The notes under the pieces were generated by a model. It ran no database searches. It worked only from the letters and a program-made list of their open reading frames with translations, and had not been told where the DNA came from. From assembly GCA_945870855.1 (NCBI GenBank), contig CAMBTP010000011.1, positions 3,767 through 67,766 of the forward strand: DNA of 64,000 nucleotides, read 5' to 3'. Below are positions 1 through 9,523 of this stretch, piece by piece; position 1 is the first letter of the stretch, and each line of letters begins with the position of its first letter. The translations under genes were made by a program, and so were the position numbers. The stretch comes from Prosthecobacter debontii. GTDB lineage: Bacteria; Verrucomicrobiota; Verrucomicrobiia; Verrucomicrobiales; Akkermansiaceae.

Positions 1-729
1 CTTGAGACACAGTGGGAGGCGGCCTTCCAATATCTGGAGAAACACACCGAAGTCCGCGACGTCCTCCTCTCCGGCGGCGATCCCCTACTCTTCTCGGATG
101 CGAAGCTCGACAAGATCCTCACCCGCCTCCGCGCGATCCCGCACATCCAGTTCCTGCGAATCGGTTCGCGCATCCCGATTTTCCTACCGCAACGGATCAC
201 GCCGGAGTTATGCGAAATGCTGAAAAAGCACCACCCACTTTTCATTTCCATCCACTCGAACCACCCGAAGGAACTCACCACCGAAGTCCGCGACGGCCTC
301 GCACGCCTCGCCGACGCTGGCATCCCGCTCGGTAATCAGTCGGTGCTACTGCGCGGCGTGAACGATTCACCAGAGATCCAAAAAGCACTCGTCCACAAAC
401 TGCTGATGTGCCGCGTGCGCCCTTATTATCTCTACCAGTGCGATCTCATCACCGGTTCCTCGCACCTCCGCACACCCGTCGCGGAAGGAGTCAACATCAT
501 CGAGCGACTCCGCGGCCACACCACCGGCTACGCCATCCCGCAGTTCGTTATCGACGGCCCTGGTGGTGGCGGGAAAATCCCCATTAATCCGAACTACGTC
601 GTTGATAGTAGTTCAGGAAAGGTCACGCTGAGGAACTTCGAAGGCGAGATCTTCGATTACCCCGATCCCACGCCCATTTCGCCGGAGACGATGCAAGCAC
701 TCCACGAAAAAGCGCTCGTGAATAGTTAG
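1..729 (+). CDS. KamA-family radical SAM protein (lysine 2,3-aminomutase-like), 5'-truncated by the window edge
   Basis: Frame 1 is open from base 1 (LETQWEAAFQYLEKHTEVRDVLLSGGDPL...LRIGSR) and joins ORF 217..729, which has HxNHPxE, NQSVLLRGVND, PYYLYQCD and P.FVIDGPGGGGKIP motifs typical of the KamA family. Confidence 0.9.
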   Translation, partial: LETQWEAAFQYLEKHTEVRDVLLSGGDPLLFSDAKLDKILTRLRAIPHIQFLRIGSRIPIFLPQRITPELCEMLKKHHPLFISIHSNHPKELTTEVRDGLARLADAGIPLGNQSVLLRGVNDSPEIQKALVHKLLMCRVRPYYLYQCDLITGSSHLRTPVAEGVNIIERLRGHTTGYAIPQFVIDGPGGGGKIPINPNYVVDSSSGKVTLRNFEGEIFDYPDPTPISPETMQALHEKALVNS

Positions 730-742
730 GGCGCAGCCCCGG

Positions 743-770
743 TGAGTGTCGGCAGCCTGCTGCCGCTTTC
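743..770 (+). repeat. REP-like palindrome (GAGTG-CGGCAG-cctg-CTGCCG-CTTT)
   Basis: Hairpin cggcag/ctgccg with a GAG-type head just after the kamA stop. Single copy in the window. Confidence 0.45.
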
Positions 771-897
771 GGCCACGCAGCCCGCTGCGAGCCGGACGGC
801 ATTGGCACTCGGCGGCGCGAACCCTTCAAAACACTCTTACCATCCTACAGAGCGGAAAGAGGTTTGCAAAGCGAGGTCGTATATCCCAGAGAACGGT

Positions 898-1983
898 ATG
901 GAGTTTGCGGATGATGATGCGTGGCAGGCGGCGGATTACCCGCCGATGAGCCACCCGAGCGCGGATGTAGCGGTGAACCGGACGGTGGCGCGGGCGGCGG
1001 GGCTGGATGTGCCGGAACCTTCGGTGGCGCGAATTTTGGAAATCGGTTGCGGGCAGGGGCATCACCTCCTTTCGCTAGCGAACCGTTGGCCGGGGGCGCA
1101 CTGCGTGGGGCTGGATGTTTCCGCTAGGGCGATCCATCTCGCAAGAACCCGAGCGCAGCGGGCGGCTCTAAAAAATGCGCGCTTTTACGAGGTGCAGCTT
1201 TCGGAGTTCGAGGCTGATGCGCCGTTTGATTTCATCATCGCACACGGATTTTTCTCGTGGGTGCCGGATGAGGTGAAGGTGGGGCTGATAGATTTCATCG
1301 CGAAAAACCTCACGCCGGGCGGGATCGCGGTGGTGAGCTTCAATGTGGCGGCGGGCTGGAAAGAGCGTATGGCCGTGGTTGAAAAAGCACGGGTGATCTG
1401 GGCGGCGGGCGCGGAGGATGTGATCCAGGCGCTTGCGATCCTGCGGACGGTGGCGGAGACGGAAAGGGAGCGGGCGATCATCGATGACATGCTGGCGAAG
1501 GGCGCAGCGGTGCTGGCCCACGATGACTTTGCGCCGGTGATGGACGCGTGGTCGCTGGGGGCGGTTTCCAAACTCGCGGAGGGGCACGGGCTGCGCTGGC
1601 TGGGGGATTCTCAAACAGGTGAGCGAGGAACGGATGCCGCAGACAATGCGGCTGGGAGGACTTTTCGCTCGGAAATTCTTTACCGGGCGGATGCGGTGCT
1701 GGGCGAAGGGAAGAAGCCGGCCGGAGGCGCGGCTCTCCGTACGGCGCTGCCGGATTTCCCCAAGCTCGATGCATGGCGGATGCTTTGCGTGAGGGAGGCG
1801 TTGCCAGTGCCTGATGCCGATCTCAAGCCCTGTGTATTTACTTTTCCTCAGCTTAAAGTGATGCTGGCGATGGACGGTTCGCACTCCGTTTATCAGTTAT
1901 CACTGCATGCAAAGGAGGTGGCATCTGATCTGGATTTCGTGCCATGGTTTAGACATGTAGTGGAGCGGGGGCTGCTGCGGTGA
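898..1983 (+). CDS. Class I SAM-dependent methyltransferase
   Basis: Motif I ILEIGCGQG, then GLD and FDFIIAHGFFSWV. The ATG at 898 (MEFADD...) is preferred to the ORF-track start at 742, which runs through a palindromic repeat. Confidence 0.85.
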   Translation: MEFADDDAWQAADYPPMSHPSADVAVNRTVARAAGLDVPEPSVARILEIGCGQGHHLLSLANRWPGAHCVGLDVSARAIHLARTRAQRAALKNARFYEVQLSEFEADAPFDFIIAHGFFSWVPDEVKVGLIDFIAKNLTPGGIAVVSFNVAAGWKERMAVVEKARVIWAAGAEDVIQALAILRTVAETERERAIIDDMLAKGAAVLAHDDFAPVMDAWSLGAVSKLAEGHGLRWLGDSQTGERGTDAADNAAGRTFRSEILYRADAVLGEGKKPAGGAALRTALPDFPKLDAWRMLCVREALPVPDADLKPCVFTFPQLKVMLAMDGSHSVYQLSLHAKEVASDLDFVPWFRHVVERGLLR

Positions 1984-2005
1984 AGGGGAATATTCGGCTC
2001 GGTGA

Positions 2006-2031
2006 GAGTGGCAGACTGGCGACAGCCACTC
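2006..2031 (-). repeat. REP-like palindrome, GAGTGGC family
   Basis: Reverse complement gagtggctgtcgccagtctgcca matches the arm at 18728-18750 in 21 of 23 nt. Lies between convergent genes. Confidence 0.65.
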
Positions 2032-2038
2032 CCTCCGA

Positions 2039-4522
2039 TCACTCCTCTACCACACCGAAGGACTCGGCCCAGGAATCGAGATCCCCGGCGTCCTCGATGA
2101 TTTCCTCGATGTCGGCAGCGACTTTTATTTGTCCTGCAGCGTTAGCCTCGTCTTTGATGGGGGTCAATTTGGCAACATAGGCATCGCGGATTTTTCCAAT
2201 GGCAGCCCCGGCTTGGGTGTCGATCTGCACTTGCTTGTCGCAGTGGTAGCTGACAAGTTTTTTCATCTCCATGGATGCGATGATCTCGTTGTTGTCCTCA
2301 ATATTTTTCAACTCATCGATATCGAGGCGGTTGTCATCCACCATTTCCTTGAGGGCGTTAGCGCTGGCCGCGAACTGTGCTTTACCGCCGCTGCTGAGAT
2401 TTCTGATATACGCTTCGAGATCCCAATGCAGCCTCTTGATGTTCACTGCGTGCTCATCCTCACGTTTCTTGGCGGCGGCGAGGATGAGTTCCTTCACCCG
2501 TGCATCGATTTCGGCAACCTTGGCGTTTCCGGTGGAGCTAGCTGTGTCAGACTTGGGTGATTTTTTGTCCTCGCTCCACTCGATGAGAAATCCGTCGGCG
2601 ATCTCGCCGCGATCCATGGCCACCCAGCCGTCGCGGGGGCGTAAGGCGAGGGCGGCGCCTTCTTCGGTGGCGGCGGAATCATCCGCCCAGACGGCGGTTT
2701 GCCATGGCTCACCGGTGACCCATTGCCAAATATCCTCCTTTAGCGAGCCGCCGATCCAGATACCCTTCTTGGTATTAATGCGATTGGTGATTTTTGCAAC
2801 TTCTTCAATTTCCTCCGATGTGACTGCAACACAAAGGTGCCCACCGCTGCTTTTGGCGAGATTTACGGCTTCGCTCCAGGTCACGGGGCGTTTGACAAAA
2901 AGGTATTGGCGTTCTCCCGAATTGACTGTGCCGGGAGGGAAAATCGGCGACTCCCCGCCGAGTGAAGCGCGGGTGGAGGCAAGCAGATTGGCAAGCGAGC
3001 CGGGGTTGGTGCCATCGCCTCGCCACTCGATCACGAAGGGACGAGACTCGTTGGCGTTTGCGCTATCGAATTTACCGGATCGAGTGGTGACGAGAAACAT
3101 CCCATCACCCAAGGGCTGGACGGCGGGCGACCAAGGCTTACCATCGCTCAGCACCCATGAATCGCCGCTGCTGCGCGCTGCTCCAAGCCAGCATTCGCGG
3201 CCTTTTGTCAGTTCGGTATCGAGCCAGCCAAGGTCAGCGCTGGGATCTGCGAGATATGCGCCATGCTCTTCGGCGAAATTTGAGGCAGCGACCCACTCCA
3301 TAGCTTCCTCGACAACAAAATAAGTGCGATCGCCTTTTGTCAAACTGCCGACGGGCATTTCCGAACGCTTGCCATCCGCGAGAGCGGAACGCAGGCGGCC
3401 AAGGGAATCCGCAGGACTCTCCTCCACCTTGTTATCGGAAGGTTTCTGTTCTGGGGTGAGCACATTGCGCCGCCGTTCTTCCAAGGCCTCCTGCTCGGCG
3501 ATGAGCGCTGCGGCTTGTTTCATGGCGAGATCCTGTTCCGCGATGGTCTCGCTGTTTCTCTTTTCAATATCCGCACGGGCTTTTTTCTTATACTCCCATG
3601 CGAAATGGATCGCGAAAAGCAGGGCGATAATAATTACGATTTTTACCAGCAGTCTCATATCGAAGCCGGCCTTGGGTAGGGGCGCGGCGGGCCGGGTCCT
3701 AGACACCGGAGCAGGCGGGGTTGTGGAGATGGTTTTTGCTGCGGCTTGTTTGAGTGCTGCCTGGAAAGAGCGCGCATCGGCGTAACGCTTGAGCGGATCC
3801 AGATCGGTGGCCCGCTTCAGAACGGAGTCAACAGCCGGGCTACAACCGCAAACGCTGGAAGGCAGCAGTGATTGGGGCGTAAAGAATTTACCGGTCGTCA
3901 GTTCGTGAAAAATTACGGCAACAGAATAAACGTCCGAAGCCTTGGTGGCAGCAGAGGGATTCTCGATCACCTCAGGCGCCGTGAAATGCGTGGGCACATT
4001 CACCTCTGAATCGGTATGGACGGCCAGGCCGAAACCGAAATTTCCGATCTTCGGGATCGCACTTTGATTGAGAAGAATACTAAGGTTGTTCAAGTGACCG
4101 TGGACGAGTCCCGCATCGTGGGCGTGAGCAAGACCCTCGCAGATCGCATCGATGATCGATACCGACTGAGCGAACTCGACGATGCACCCTTCCGTTGAAC
4201 GGGCGAGGGATTTCCCCGGCACAAACTCCATCACTAGATACGGCATACCGCCCACTTCACCGGAATCGAGAATGCCGATCAGGTTTGTGTGGCGAACGGC
4301 GGCCGCCAGCTTGGAGGAATTTCCGAAGGCATTGCGGAAATTAGAATCCGCAGCAAGTATCGGAGAGAAAACTTTTAGCGCGACCTGTCTTTCGAGGGAT
4401 TTCTGGTTCGCAAAAAAGACCGCGCCGAAATCGCTCGAAGTAACCAGAGCGGTGAATTCGAAGGCGGGAAGCTGGGCATGCATAGCTTCCGGCGAGGGCG
4501 GCCATTCGGGTGTGAGGGACAT
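2039..4522 (-). CDS. Membrane Ser/Thr kinase-like protein (probable pseudokinase) with two extracellular C-type lectin-like domains
   Basis: Hanks-type fold (VALK, GMPYLVMEFV, APE, DVYS), but the HRD loop reads HGHLNNLS and DFG reads NFG. TM helix LLVKIVIIIALLFAIHFAW. CTLD-like segments TYFVVEEAMEWVAA and QYLFVKRPVTWSEAVNLAKSSGGHL...IWIGG...WQWVTGEPW. Confidence 0.8.
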   Translation of the reverse strand: MSLTPEWPPSPEAMHAQLPAFEFTALVTSSDFGAVFFANQKSLERQVALKVFSPILAADSNFRNAFGNSSKLAAAVRHTNLIGILDSGEVGGMPYLVMEFVPGKSLARSTEGCIVEFAQSVSIIDAICEGLAHAHDAGLVHGHLNNLSILLNQSAIPKIGNFGFGLAVHTDSEVNVPTHFTAPEVIENPSAATKASDVYSVAVIFHELTTGKFFTPQSLLPSSVCGCSPAVDSVLKRATDLDPLKRYADARSFQAALKQAAAKTISTTPPAPVSRTRPAAPLPKAGFDMRLLVKIVIIIALLFAIHFAWEYKKKARADIEKRNSETIAEQDLAMKQAAALIAEQEALEERRRNVLTPEQKPSDNKVEESPADSLGRLRSALADGKRSEMPVGSLTKGDRTYFVVEEAMEWVAASNFAEEHGAYLADPSADLGWLDTELTKGRECWLGAARSSGDSWVLSDGKPWSPAVQPLGDGMFLVTTRSGKFDSANANESRPFVIEWRGDGTNPGSLANLLASTRASLGGESPIFPPGTVNSGERQYLFVKRPVTWSEAVNLAKSSGGHLCVAVTSEEIEEVAKITNRINTKKGIWIGGSLKEDIWQWVTGEPWQTAVWADDSAATEEGAALALRPRDGWVAMDRGEIADGFLIEWSEDKKSPKSDTASSTGNAKVAEIDARVKELILAAAKKREDEHAVNIKRLHWDLEAYIRNLSSGGKAQFAASANALKEMVDDNRLDIDELKNIEDNNEIIASMEMKKLVSYHCDKQVQIDTQAGAAIGKIRDAYVAKLTPIKDEANAAGQIKVAADIEEIIEDAGDLDSWAESFGVVEE

Positions 4523-4639
4523 GGTAGAGGGCGTGTAGGGATGTAAATAAGAGCAGTAGCTGGATATAGGAAAAGCTGCGGCAGGTCAATCCGAAGCGGC
4601 CAGTCCAAGTTGATCCTACGTGGGTATGGACTCGTTATT

Positions 4640-4738
4640 TCACGCCAGAACTCTTCTCACCACATTCCCATGCACATCCGTGAGGCGGAAATCGCGGCCA
4701 AGGGCGCGGCAGGTGAGCTGGGGGTGGACTAAGCCGAG
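4640..4738 (-). pseudogene. Diverged duplicate of the 3' end of the adjacent DUF1501 gene
   Basis: 4640-4723 aligns without gaps to 4829-4912 (73/84 identical) and reads ...[26 protein letters not shown] versus [26 protein letters not shown]. Confidence 0.85.
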
Positions 4739-4741
4739 GAC

Positions 4742-4831
4742 TATGGAGAAGGACGCCTCCGGCTCCTTAGCGAAGAATCGAGAACGGTTCGCTTGGGTTG
4801 ATATAAGGAGCCGGAGGCGTCCTTCTCCTTA
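4742..4831. repeat. REPIN/MITE-like element: two inverted REP arms around a 34-nt spacer
   Basis: Perfect 25-bp inverted repeat ggagaaggacgcctccggctcctta (4745-4769) / taaggagccggaggcgtccttctcc (4804-4828). Each arm is itself a hairpin. Confidence 0.85.
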
Positions 4832-6256
4832 CGCCAGAATCTTTTTTACCACATTCCCATGCACATCCGTGAGGCGGAAATCCCGGCCTTGGGCGCGGTA
4901 GGTGAGCTGGGTATGATCGAAGCCTAAGAGGTGGAGAATGGTGGCGTGGAGGTCGTGGACGTGAACCTTATCCTCGACGGCGTTGAAGCCTAGCTCGTCA
5001 GTTTTGCCGAGTTCGACGCCGCCTTTCACGCCGCCGCCAGCCATCCACATGGTGAAGGCGTTGGGATGGTGGTCGCGGCCATCGCTGCCGCCCTGCACCA
5101 TGGGCGTGCGGCCAAATTCACCGCCCCAAATGATGAGTGTTTCATCAAGCAAGCCGCGCTGTTTGAGGTCCGCGATGAGGGCGGCGCAGGCCTTGTCCAC
5201 GTCGAGGCAGTTTTTCTTGAGGTCAGCTGTGAGATTGCCGTGCTGATCCCATGATTCGTGGAATAGTTCAACGAAGCGGACGCCGCGTTCAATGAGGCGG
5301 CGGGCGAGCAGGCAGTTATTGGCGAAGGAGCGCTCGCCCGGTTTGGCTCCATACATTTCCCGAACACTTTCCGGCTCCAACGAGATATCGGTGACCTCGG
5401 GCGCGACGTCCTGCATACGGAAGGACATTTCGAAGGCAGCTACGCGGGAGTTAATCTCGGGATCGCCGATGGATTCGAAGCGTTTGTGATTTAGAAAATT
5501 CACCGCATCAATGGTGCGGCGCTGAGCATCGCGGGAGATGCCTTTCGGGTTCGAGAGATAGAGCACGGGATCGCCGACAGAGTTGAACGAAACACCATCG
5601 TGGACGGTGGGTAGAAAACCGGAAGACCAGTTCGCATTACCGCCAGACGGCCCTTTCAAACCCGATGACATCACGACGAAGCCGGGCAGGTTCGCATTTT
5701 CCGAACCGAGGCCGTAACTGACCCATGAGCCGAGCGATGGCCGCCCGAACTGCTGGGAGCCGGAGGACATGAGGATTTGAGCGGGTGCGTGATTAAATGC
5801 ATCCGTGTGCATCGAGCGAATCAATGCGATATCATCCGCGTGCGAGCCGATATGCGGCAAAATTTCCGCCATTTCCATGCCGCACTTGCCATATTTTTTG
5901 AATGGAAACTTGGAGCCTAGAAGCTTGTTCTCCGGGCGGATGAAGGCGGAGCGATATCCTTTCAATAGCTCGGCAGGTGGGTTCTTGCCGTCCATCTCAC
6001 GGAGGACGGGTTTGTTATCGAAGAGATCGATATGGCTGGGTGCGCCGCCCATGAAAAGGAAGATGACATTCTTCGCCTTGGCAGGAAATGGCGGTGCTTT
6101 CGGAGCCTGTGGATTGATGGCCGACGCGGCAGAAGCAGTGCCCTGCCCAAGCATCGACGCGAGCGCGACCGAGCCAAGGCTGAGTCCGCATTCTTTCATG
6201 AACCAACGTCGTGAGTAGGAGCGCTGGATGTTGGCGAGGGTGGAGGGTGGGAGCAT
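4829..6256 (-). CDS. DUF1501 domain protein (sulfatase-fold, PVC-typical)
   Basis: Tat-like SRRWFM N-terminus, NVIFLFMGGAPSHIDLFD, WDQH, WGGEFGRTP, GRDH, HDLHATILHLLG. Downstream of a PSD1/DUF1553 gene, the usual PVC pairing. Confidence 0.92.
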   Translation of the reverse strand: MLPPSTLANIQRSYSRRWFMKECGLSLGSVALASMLGQGTASAASAINPQAPKAPPFPAKAKNVIFLFMGGAPSHIDLFDNKPVLREMDGKNPPAELLKGYRSAFIRPENKLLGSKFPFKKYGKCGMEMAEILPHIGSHADDIALIRSMHTDAFNHAPAQILMSSGSQQFGRPSLGSWVSYGLGSENANLPGFVVMSSGLKGPSGGNANWSSGFLPTVHDGVSFNSVGDPVLYLSNPKGISRDAQRRTIDAVNFLNHKRFESIGDPEINSRVAAFEMSFRMQDVAPEVTDISLEPESVREMYGAKPGERSFANNCLLARRLIERGVRFVELFHESWDQHGNLTADLKKNCLDVDKACAALIADLKQRGLLDETLIIWGGEFGRTPMVQGGSDGRDHHPNAFTMWMAGGGVKGGVELGKTDELGFNAVEDKVHVHDLHATILHLLGFDHTQLTYRAQGRDFRLTDVHGNVVKKILA

Positions 6257-6260
6257 GGGA

Positions 6261-6302
6261 ATTGATTATTGAATATTGATTATTGAATATTAGAGATTGA
6301 AA
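6261..6302. repeat. AT-rich heptamer tandem repeat (STRR-like)
   Basis: attgatt|attgaat|attgatt|attgaat|attagag|attgaaa in the intergenic space. Confidence 0.6.
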
Positions 6303-6382
6303 ATTGGGGTAGAGGATCGCCGCTAAGACGAAAGGCGCGAAGTCTAGGCTTATGGATTCATCTCTTCCTTAGGATTTAGGGT

Positions 6383-9300
6383 TTAATTCTTCGTTATCGT
6401 TTCGTCGAGGTTGAGGAGAACACGCGCAACGGCGGTGGCGGCGGCGAGTTCGGGCATGGGATGGGCGGAAAGATCGAGGGTGACGGGACAGTGATTTTCC
6501 AGAAGCACCTTGGTCTCGGCGGGATTAGTGGCGAGGGATGTCTCGTAAACACTTTTCAGGGCGGCGATTTCCTCCGCATCCGGCACGCGCGAGGTGCAGC
6601 GAACAAAGGCGCGGGAAAGTCTTTCCTCCAAGGAACCCGTATCGGTAAGAATGAGATGGCAAAGAGCGAGCGCGGCCTCGACGGAAACCTGCTCATTGAG
6701 CGTGACGAGAGCCTGCATGGGGCTGGTGGAAACCGTGCGCCGCACGCAAGAGGCCGCACCGGATGGAGCGTCGAAGGCGATAAGCATCGGGTAAGGCACC
6801 GAGCGGAAACGAAAGGTGTAGAGCGCGCGGCGGTAGCGATTCGAGTCGGTCTCGACGTCCCATGTTTTCGGGCCGTAAGACACAGGTCTTTGGAAAAGGT
6901 AGCCGGGGGCGGGAGGGAATACGCTGCGTCCGCCGAGTGCGAAATCTAACAAGCCGGAACTAGCGAGCTGGATATCGCGCACGCTTTCGGCAGAGACGCG
7001 GAGGCGCGAGCCAGCTGCGAGCAGGCGATTCTTCGGATCCATTTCGCGTAGCGCAGGGCTGACGACGGAGGACTGCCCGTAAGTGGCGCTGGTGACGATG
7101 AGGTGGTGCATGTGCTTCATGTCCCAGCCGCTTTCCATGAACTCGCAGGCGAGCCAATCGAGCAACTCCGGATGAGACGGACGCGCCGCTTGATGTCCGA
7201 AGTCCTCGGAAGTCTCCAACAAGCCGGTGCCGAAATACGCCTGCCAGAAGCTGTTGACGAGGCGGCGCGCAGCGGTCGGGGATTTGGGATCGACGAGCCA
7301 TTTCGCGAAGGTCAGACGCGACTCGGGTTCGCCGGGTGGCAAGGGGTGAAGGAACGCGGGGACGTGAGGTTTTACGACGTGTTTCGGCTGAGTCTGATCG
7401 CCGCGATCGAAGAGGCGGGTCTCGCGTTTCTCCCGCGTCTCCGCGGCAACGAGCGCCCATGTCGGATGCGGGAATTTCGCATAGAGTTCGTTGATCTTTG
7501 CGGTCTCGGCAGCGAAGGATGGATTGTTTTCACGCCAGTGTGCGAAGAGGCGGCGCTCCTGCTCGGAGTTGCGTTTCGAGGGATCTGTTAGAAGCACTTC
7601 GAGGACTAGCGGTGGCAGATTATCGAGGGCGTTCGGCGCGGTGGCGGAAACGGAAAGACGGATGCGGCCGAGGTTGTAAGTTTGGGTGTCGTCGGAGTTG
7701 AAACCACCGTGGTTCATGGTGAGGGCGTAGTTAAAATGGGCAGTGCCGCCGGTTTTAAACGGCTCTGCCAGCTCGAAGGTAAGGACGGCGGGGTCTTGGT
7801 TGCGGGCGGGATCGCGCTCATTCGTCCAAGCGGTTTTCTGATCGCCGTCCAGTGCGAAGGCGGCGGGGCCGGTGGTGCGGTCATCGGGCTTGCGTTCCGC
7901 ATTTGCGGGGAAACGCATCGGATCGAGCGCGGTGACGGGAGGGTTGACGCTGGCCGACGCTTTTGTGAATGCGAGTTTAGTGAGCTTCGTAGGAGCGGTG
8001 CCGGCATTGAGGACAAACTCGGTGAGAGCGCCAGTTCCGCGCGATGAACGACCCGGGCCGTTCATCGGCAGGTAGGGATCATTCATCACCTCCAGGCGCG
8101 CCGAGCGGATTTCTGGGATCTCCAGCGAGGAGGTGAACGACTCGCCCCCACGGGTATTTGCGTATCCCATGTTGATCACAGACTTATCGGGGAGAGGCCA
8201 ATATTTCTGGCCGGAATCACCGAGTTGGTAGAGTTCCAGTGCGTGCCACTCGGTGCGTGGCAGTGCGAGTATTTCTGACTGCCATTTGGCGAACGCTGAC
8301 TCTACATCGGCGGAGGATTTCCGGGCAGTTTCATCGATGGCCATGATCTCTGCGAGCAGGGCATCGGTATCACTTTTTTCCTGCGTAGTGAGCGCGGCGA
8401 TCGAGGTCTCCTCAACGCCATTGAGGAATGCATACATGCCGAAATACTCGTCGTGGGTGAGCGGATCATATTTGTGGGTGTGGCACTGTGCGCATTGTGC
8501 GGTAAGGCCAAGCATGGATTTTCCGATCGCATCGATGCGGTCGAAAACACCCTCGATGCGAAACTGCTCGGGCTTCGCTCCGCCTTCTTCGTTAGTCATC
8601 GAGTTGCGCAGGAAACCGGTGGCGATGCGGTCATCCTGCGTGGCACCGGGCAAGAGGTCGCCGGCGATTTGTTTGATGATAAATTGATCGTAAGGCATGT
8701 TCGAATTCATCGCGGCGACCACCCAGTCGCGGTAGAAATGGTTGTAGCGTGGCAAGTCTTTCTCGTAGCCTGCGGAATCGGCATAGCGGGCGGCATCGAG
8801 CCACTCACGCGCCCAGCGCTCGCCGAAGTGCGGGCTTGCCAAGAGGCGCTCCGCTTCCGCTTCTGGAGTGGCGATTTTTGAGAGCTCATTGAGTGTCGGT
8901 GGAAGTCCTGTTAGATCAAGCGAGAGGCGGCGGAGCAAGGTCGCTGGATCTGTGGGCGGGGAAGGTTTCAAGGTCTGGCCTTCCAGTTTCGAGAGGATAA
9001 AGTTGTCGATTGGATTCTTCACCCACGCCGTATCTTTGACATTAGGAACTGGCGGACGCTGCGGTGTTTTGAAAGCCCAGTGCACCCCCCATTCCGCGCC
9101 TTCAGAAATCCATTGGCGAATCAGCGCGACTTGATCTGGTTTGAGCGGCTTTTTTTTATCCGGCGGTGGCATGATCTCGTCCGGATCTGTGTGAGTGATG
9201 CGCTCTAGTATTAGCGAATCCCCCGAATCGCCGGGCACGATGGCCTTACCGCTATCGCCGCCCTTCAAGGCCAGCTCACGAACATCTAGCCGCAGCCCCC

Positions 9301-9442
9301 CTTCCGTCTTCGTCTCGTCCGGGCCATGGCAAGCGTAGCAGTTTTCAGAGAGGATGGGCTGGATCTGCGAGGTGAAATCGACCTTTTCCCCCAGCGCGAG
9401 GGCAGGCAGGAAAACTACGAAGATGGGCAGATAAAAACGCAT
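6383..9442 (-). CDS. PSD1 and planctomycete cytochrome c domain protein (PSCyt1, DUF1549, DUF1553)
   Basis: Signal peptide MRFYLPIFVVFLPALALG, then VDF...CYACHG heme motif, HWAF, NPIDNFI, WLDAARYADS, CAQCHTHKYDP, HPELLDWLA, PMQAL, LLNLDETITKN. Start placed at 9442 (ORF track gives 9514). Confidence 0.92.
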   Translation of the reverse strand: MRFYLPIFVVFLPALALGEKVDFTSQIQPILSENCYACHGPDETKTEGGLRLDVRELALKGGDSGKAIVPGDSGDSLILERITHTDPDEIMPPPDKKKPLKPDQVALIRQWISEGAEWGVHWAFKTPQRPPVPNVKDTAWVKNPIDNFILSKLEGQTLKPSPPTDPATLLRRLSLDLTGLPPTLNELSKIATPEAEAERLLASPHFGERWAREWLDAARYADSAGYEKDLPRYNHFYRDWVVAAMNSNMPYDQFIIKQIAGDLLPGATQDDRIATGFLRNSMTNEEGGAKPEQFRIEGVFDRIDAIGKSMLGLTAQCAQCHTHKYDPLTHDEYFGMYAFLNGVEETSIAALTTQEKSDTDALLAEIMAIDETARKSSADVESAFAKWQSEILALPRTEWHALELYQLGDSGQKYWPLPDKSVINMGYANTRGGESFTSSLEIPEIRSARLEVMNDPYLPMNGPGRSSRGTGALTEFVLNAGTAPTKLTKLAFTKASASVNPPVTALDPMRFPANAERKPDDRTTGPAAFALDGDQKTAWTNERDPARNQDPAVLTFELAEPFKTGGTAHFNYALTMNHGGFNSDDTQTYNLGRIRLSVSATAPNALDNLPPLVLEVLLTDPSKRNSEQERRLFAHWRENNPSFAAETAKINELYAKFPHPTWALVAAETREKRETRLFDRGDQTQPKHVVKPHVPAFLHPLPPGEPESRLTFAKWLVDPKSPTAARRLVNSFWQAYFGTGLLETSEDFGHQAARPSHPELLDWLACEFMESGWDMKHMHHLIVTSATYGQSSVVSPALREMDPKNRLLAAGSRLRVSAESVRDIQLASSGLLDFALGGRSVFPPAPGYLFQRPVSYGPKTWDVETDSNRYRRALYTFRFRSVPYPMLIAFDAPSGAASCVRRTVSTSPMQALVTLNEQVSVEAALALCHLILTDTGSLEERLSRAFVRCTSRVPDAEEIAALKSVYETSLATNPAETKVLLENHCPVTLDLSAHPMPELAAATAVARVLLNLDETITKN

Positions 9443-9523
9443 ATAGATACCATACTCGGGGATGGAGGGTTTTTTTTCAAAAACATCACCGAGAACTACT
9501 AGGAACACCGTCACAACGTGCGG

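Noticed and set aside
1-729. Assigning the KamA-family gene as EF-P modification enzyme EpmB or as ablA
   Set aside because: The 5' part and its context are outside the window; no efp, epmA or ablB neighbour is visible.
742-897. N-terminal extension of the methyltransferase
   Set aside because: Overlaps a palindromic repeat and intergenic-like sequence; the ATG at 898 fits better.
2271-3785. Long plus-strand ORFs (350 aa, 153 aa) opposite the kinase, and similar ones such as 43375-44322 and 44528-45337
   Set aside because: Antisense shadows of real genes, typical of GC-rich codon usage; Ser/Arg-rich with no motifs.
4640-4912. Calling the DUF1501 duplicate a bona fide diversity-generating retroelement
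   Set aside because: No reverse transcriptase or Avd in the window, the A-retaining copy is the coding one (reversed polarity), and two non-A changes are present. Kept only as an open finding.
7600-7610. Partial operator-like matches (gaggact/ggggact) inside CDSs, e.g. near 7601 and 32800
   Set aside because: They lack the TGTC left half at the right spacing and are intragenic.
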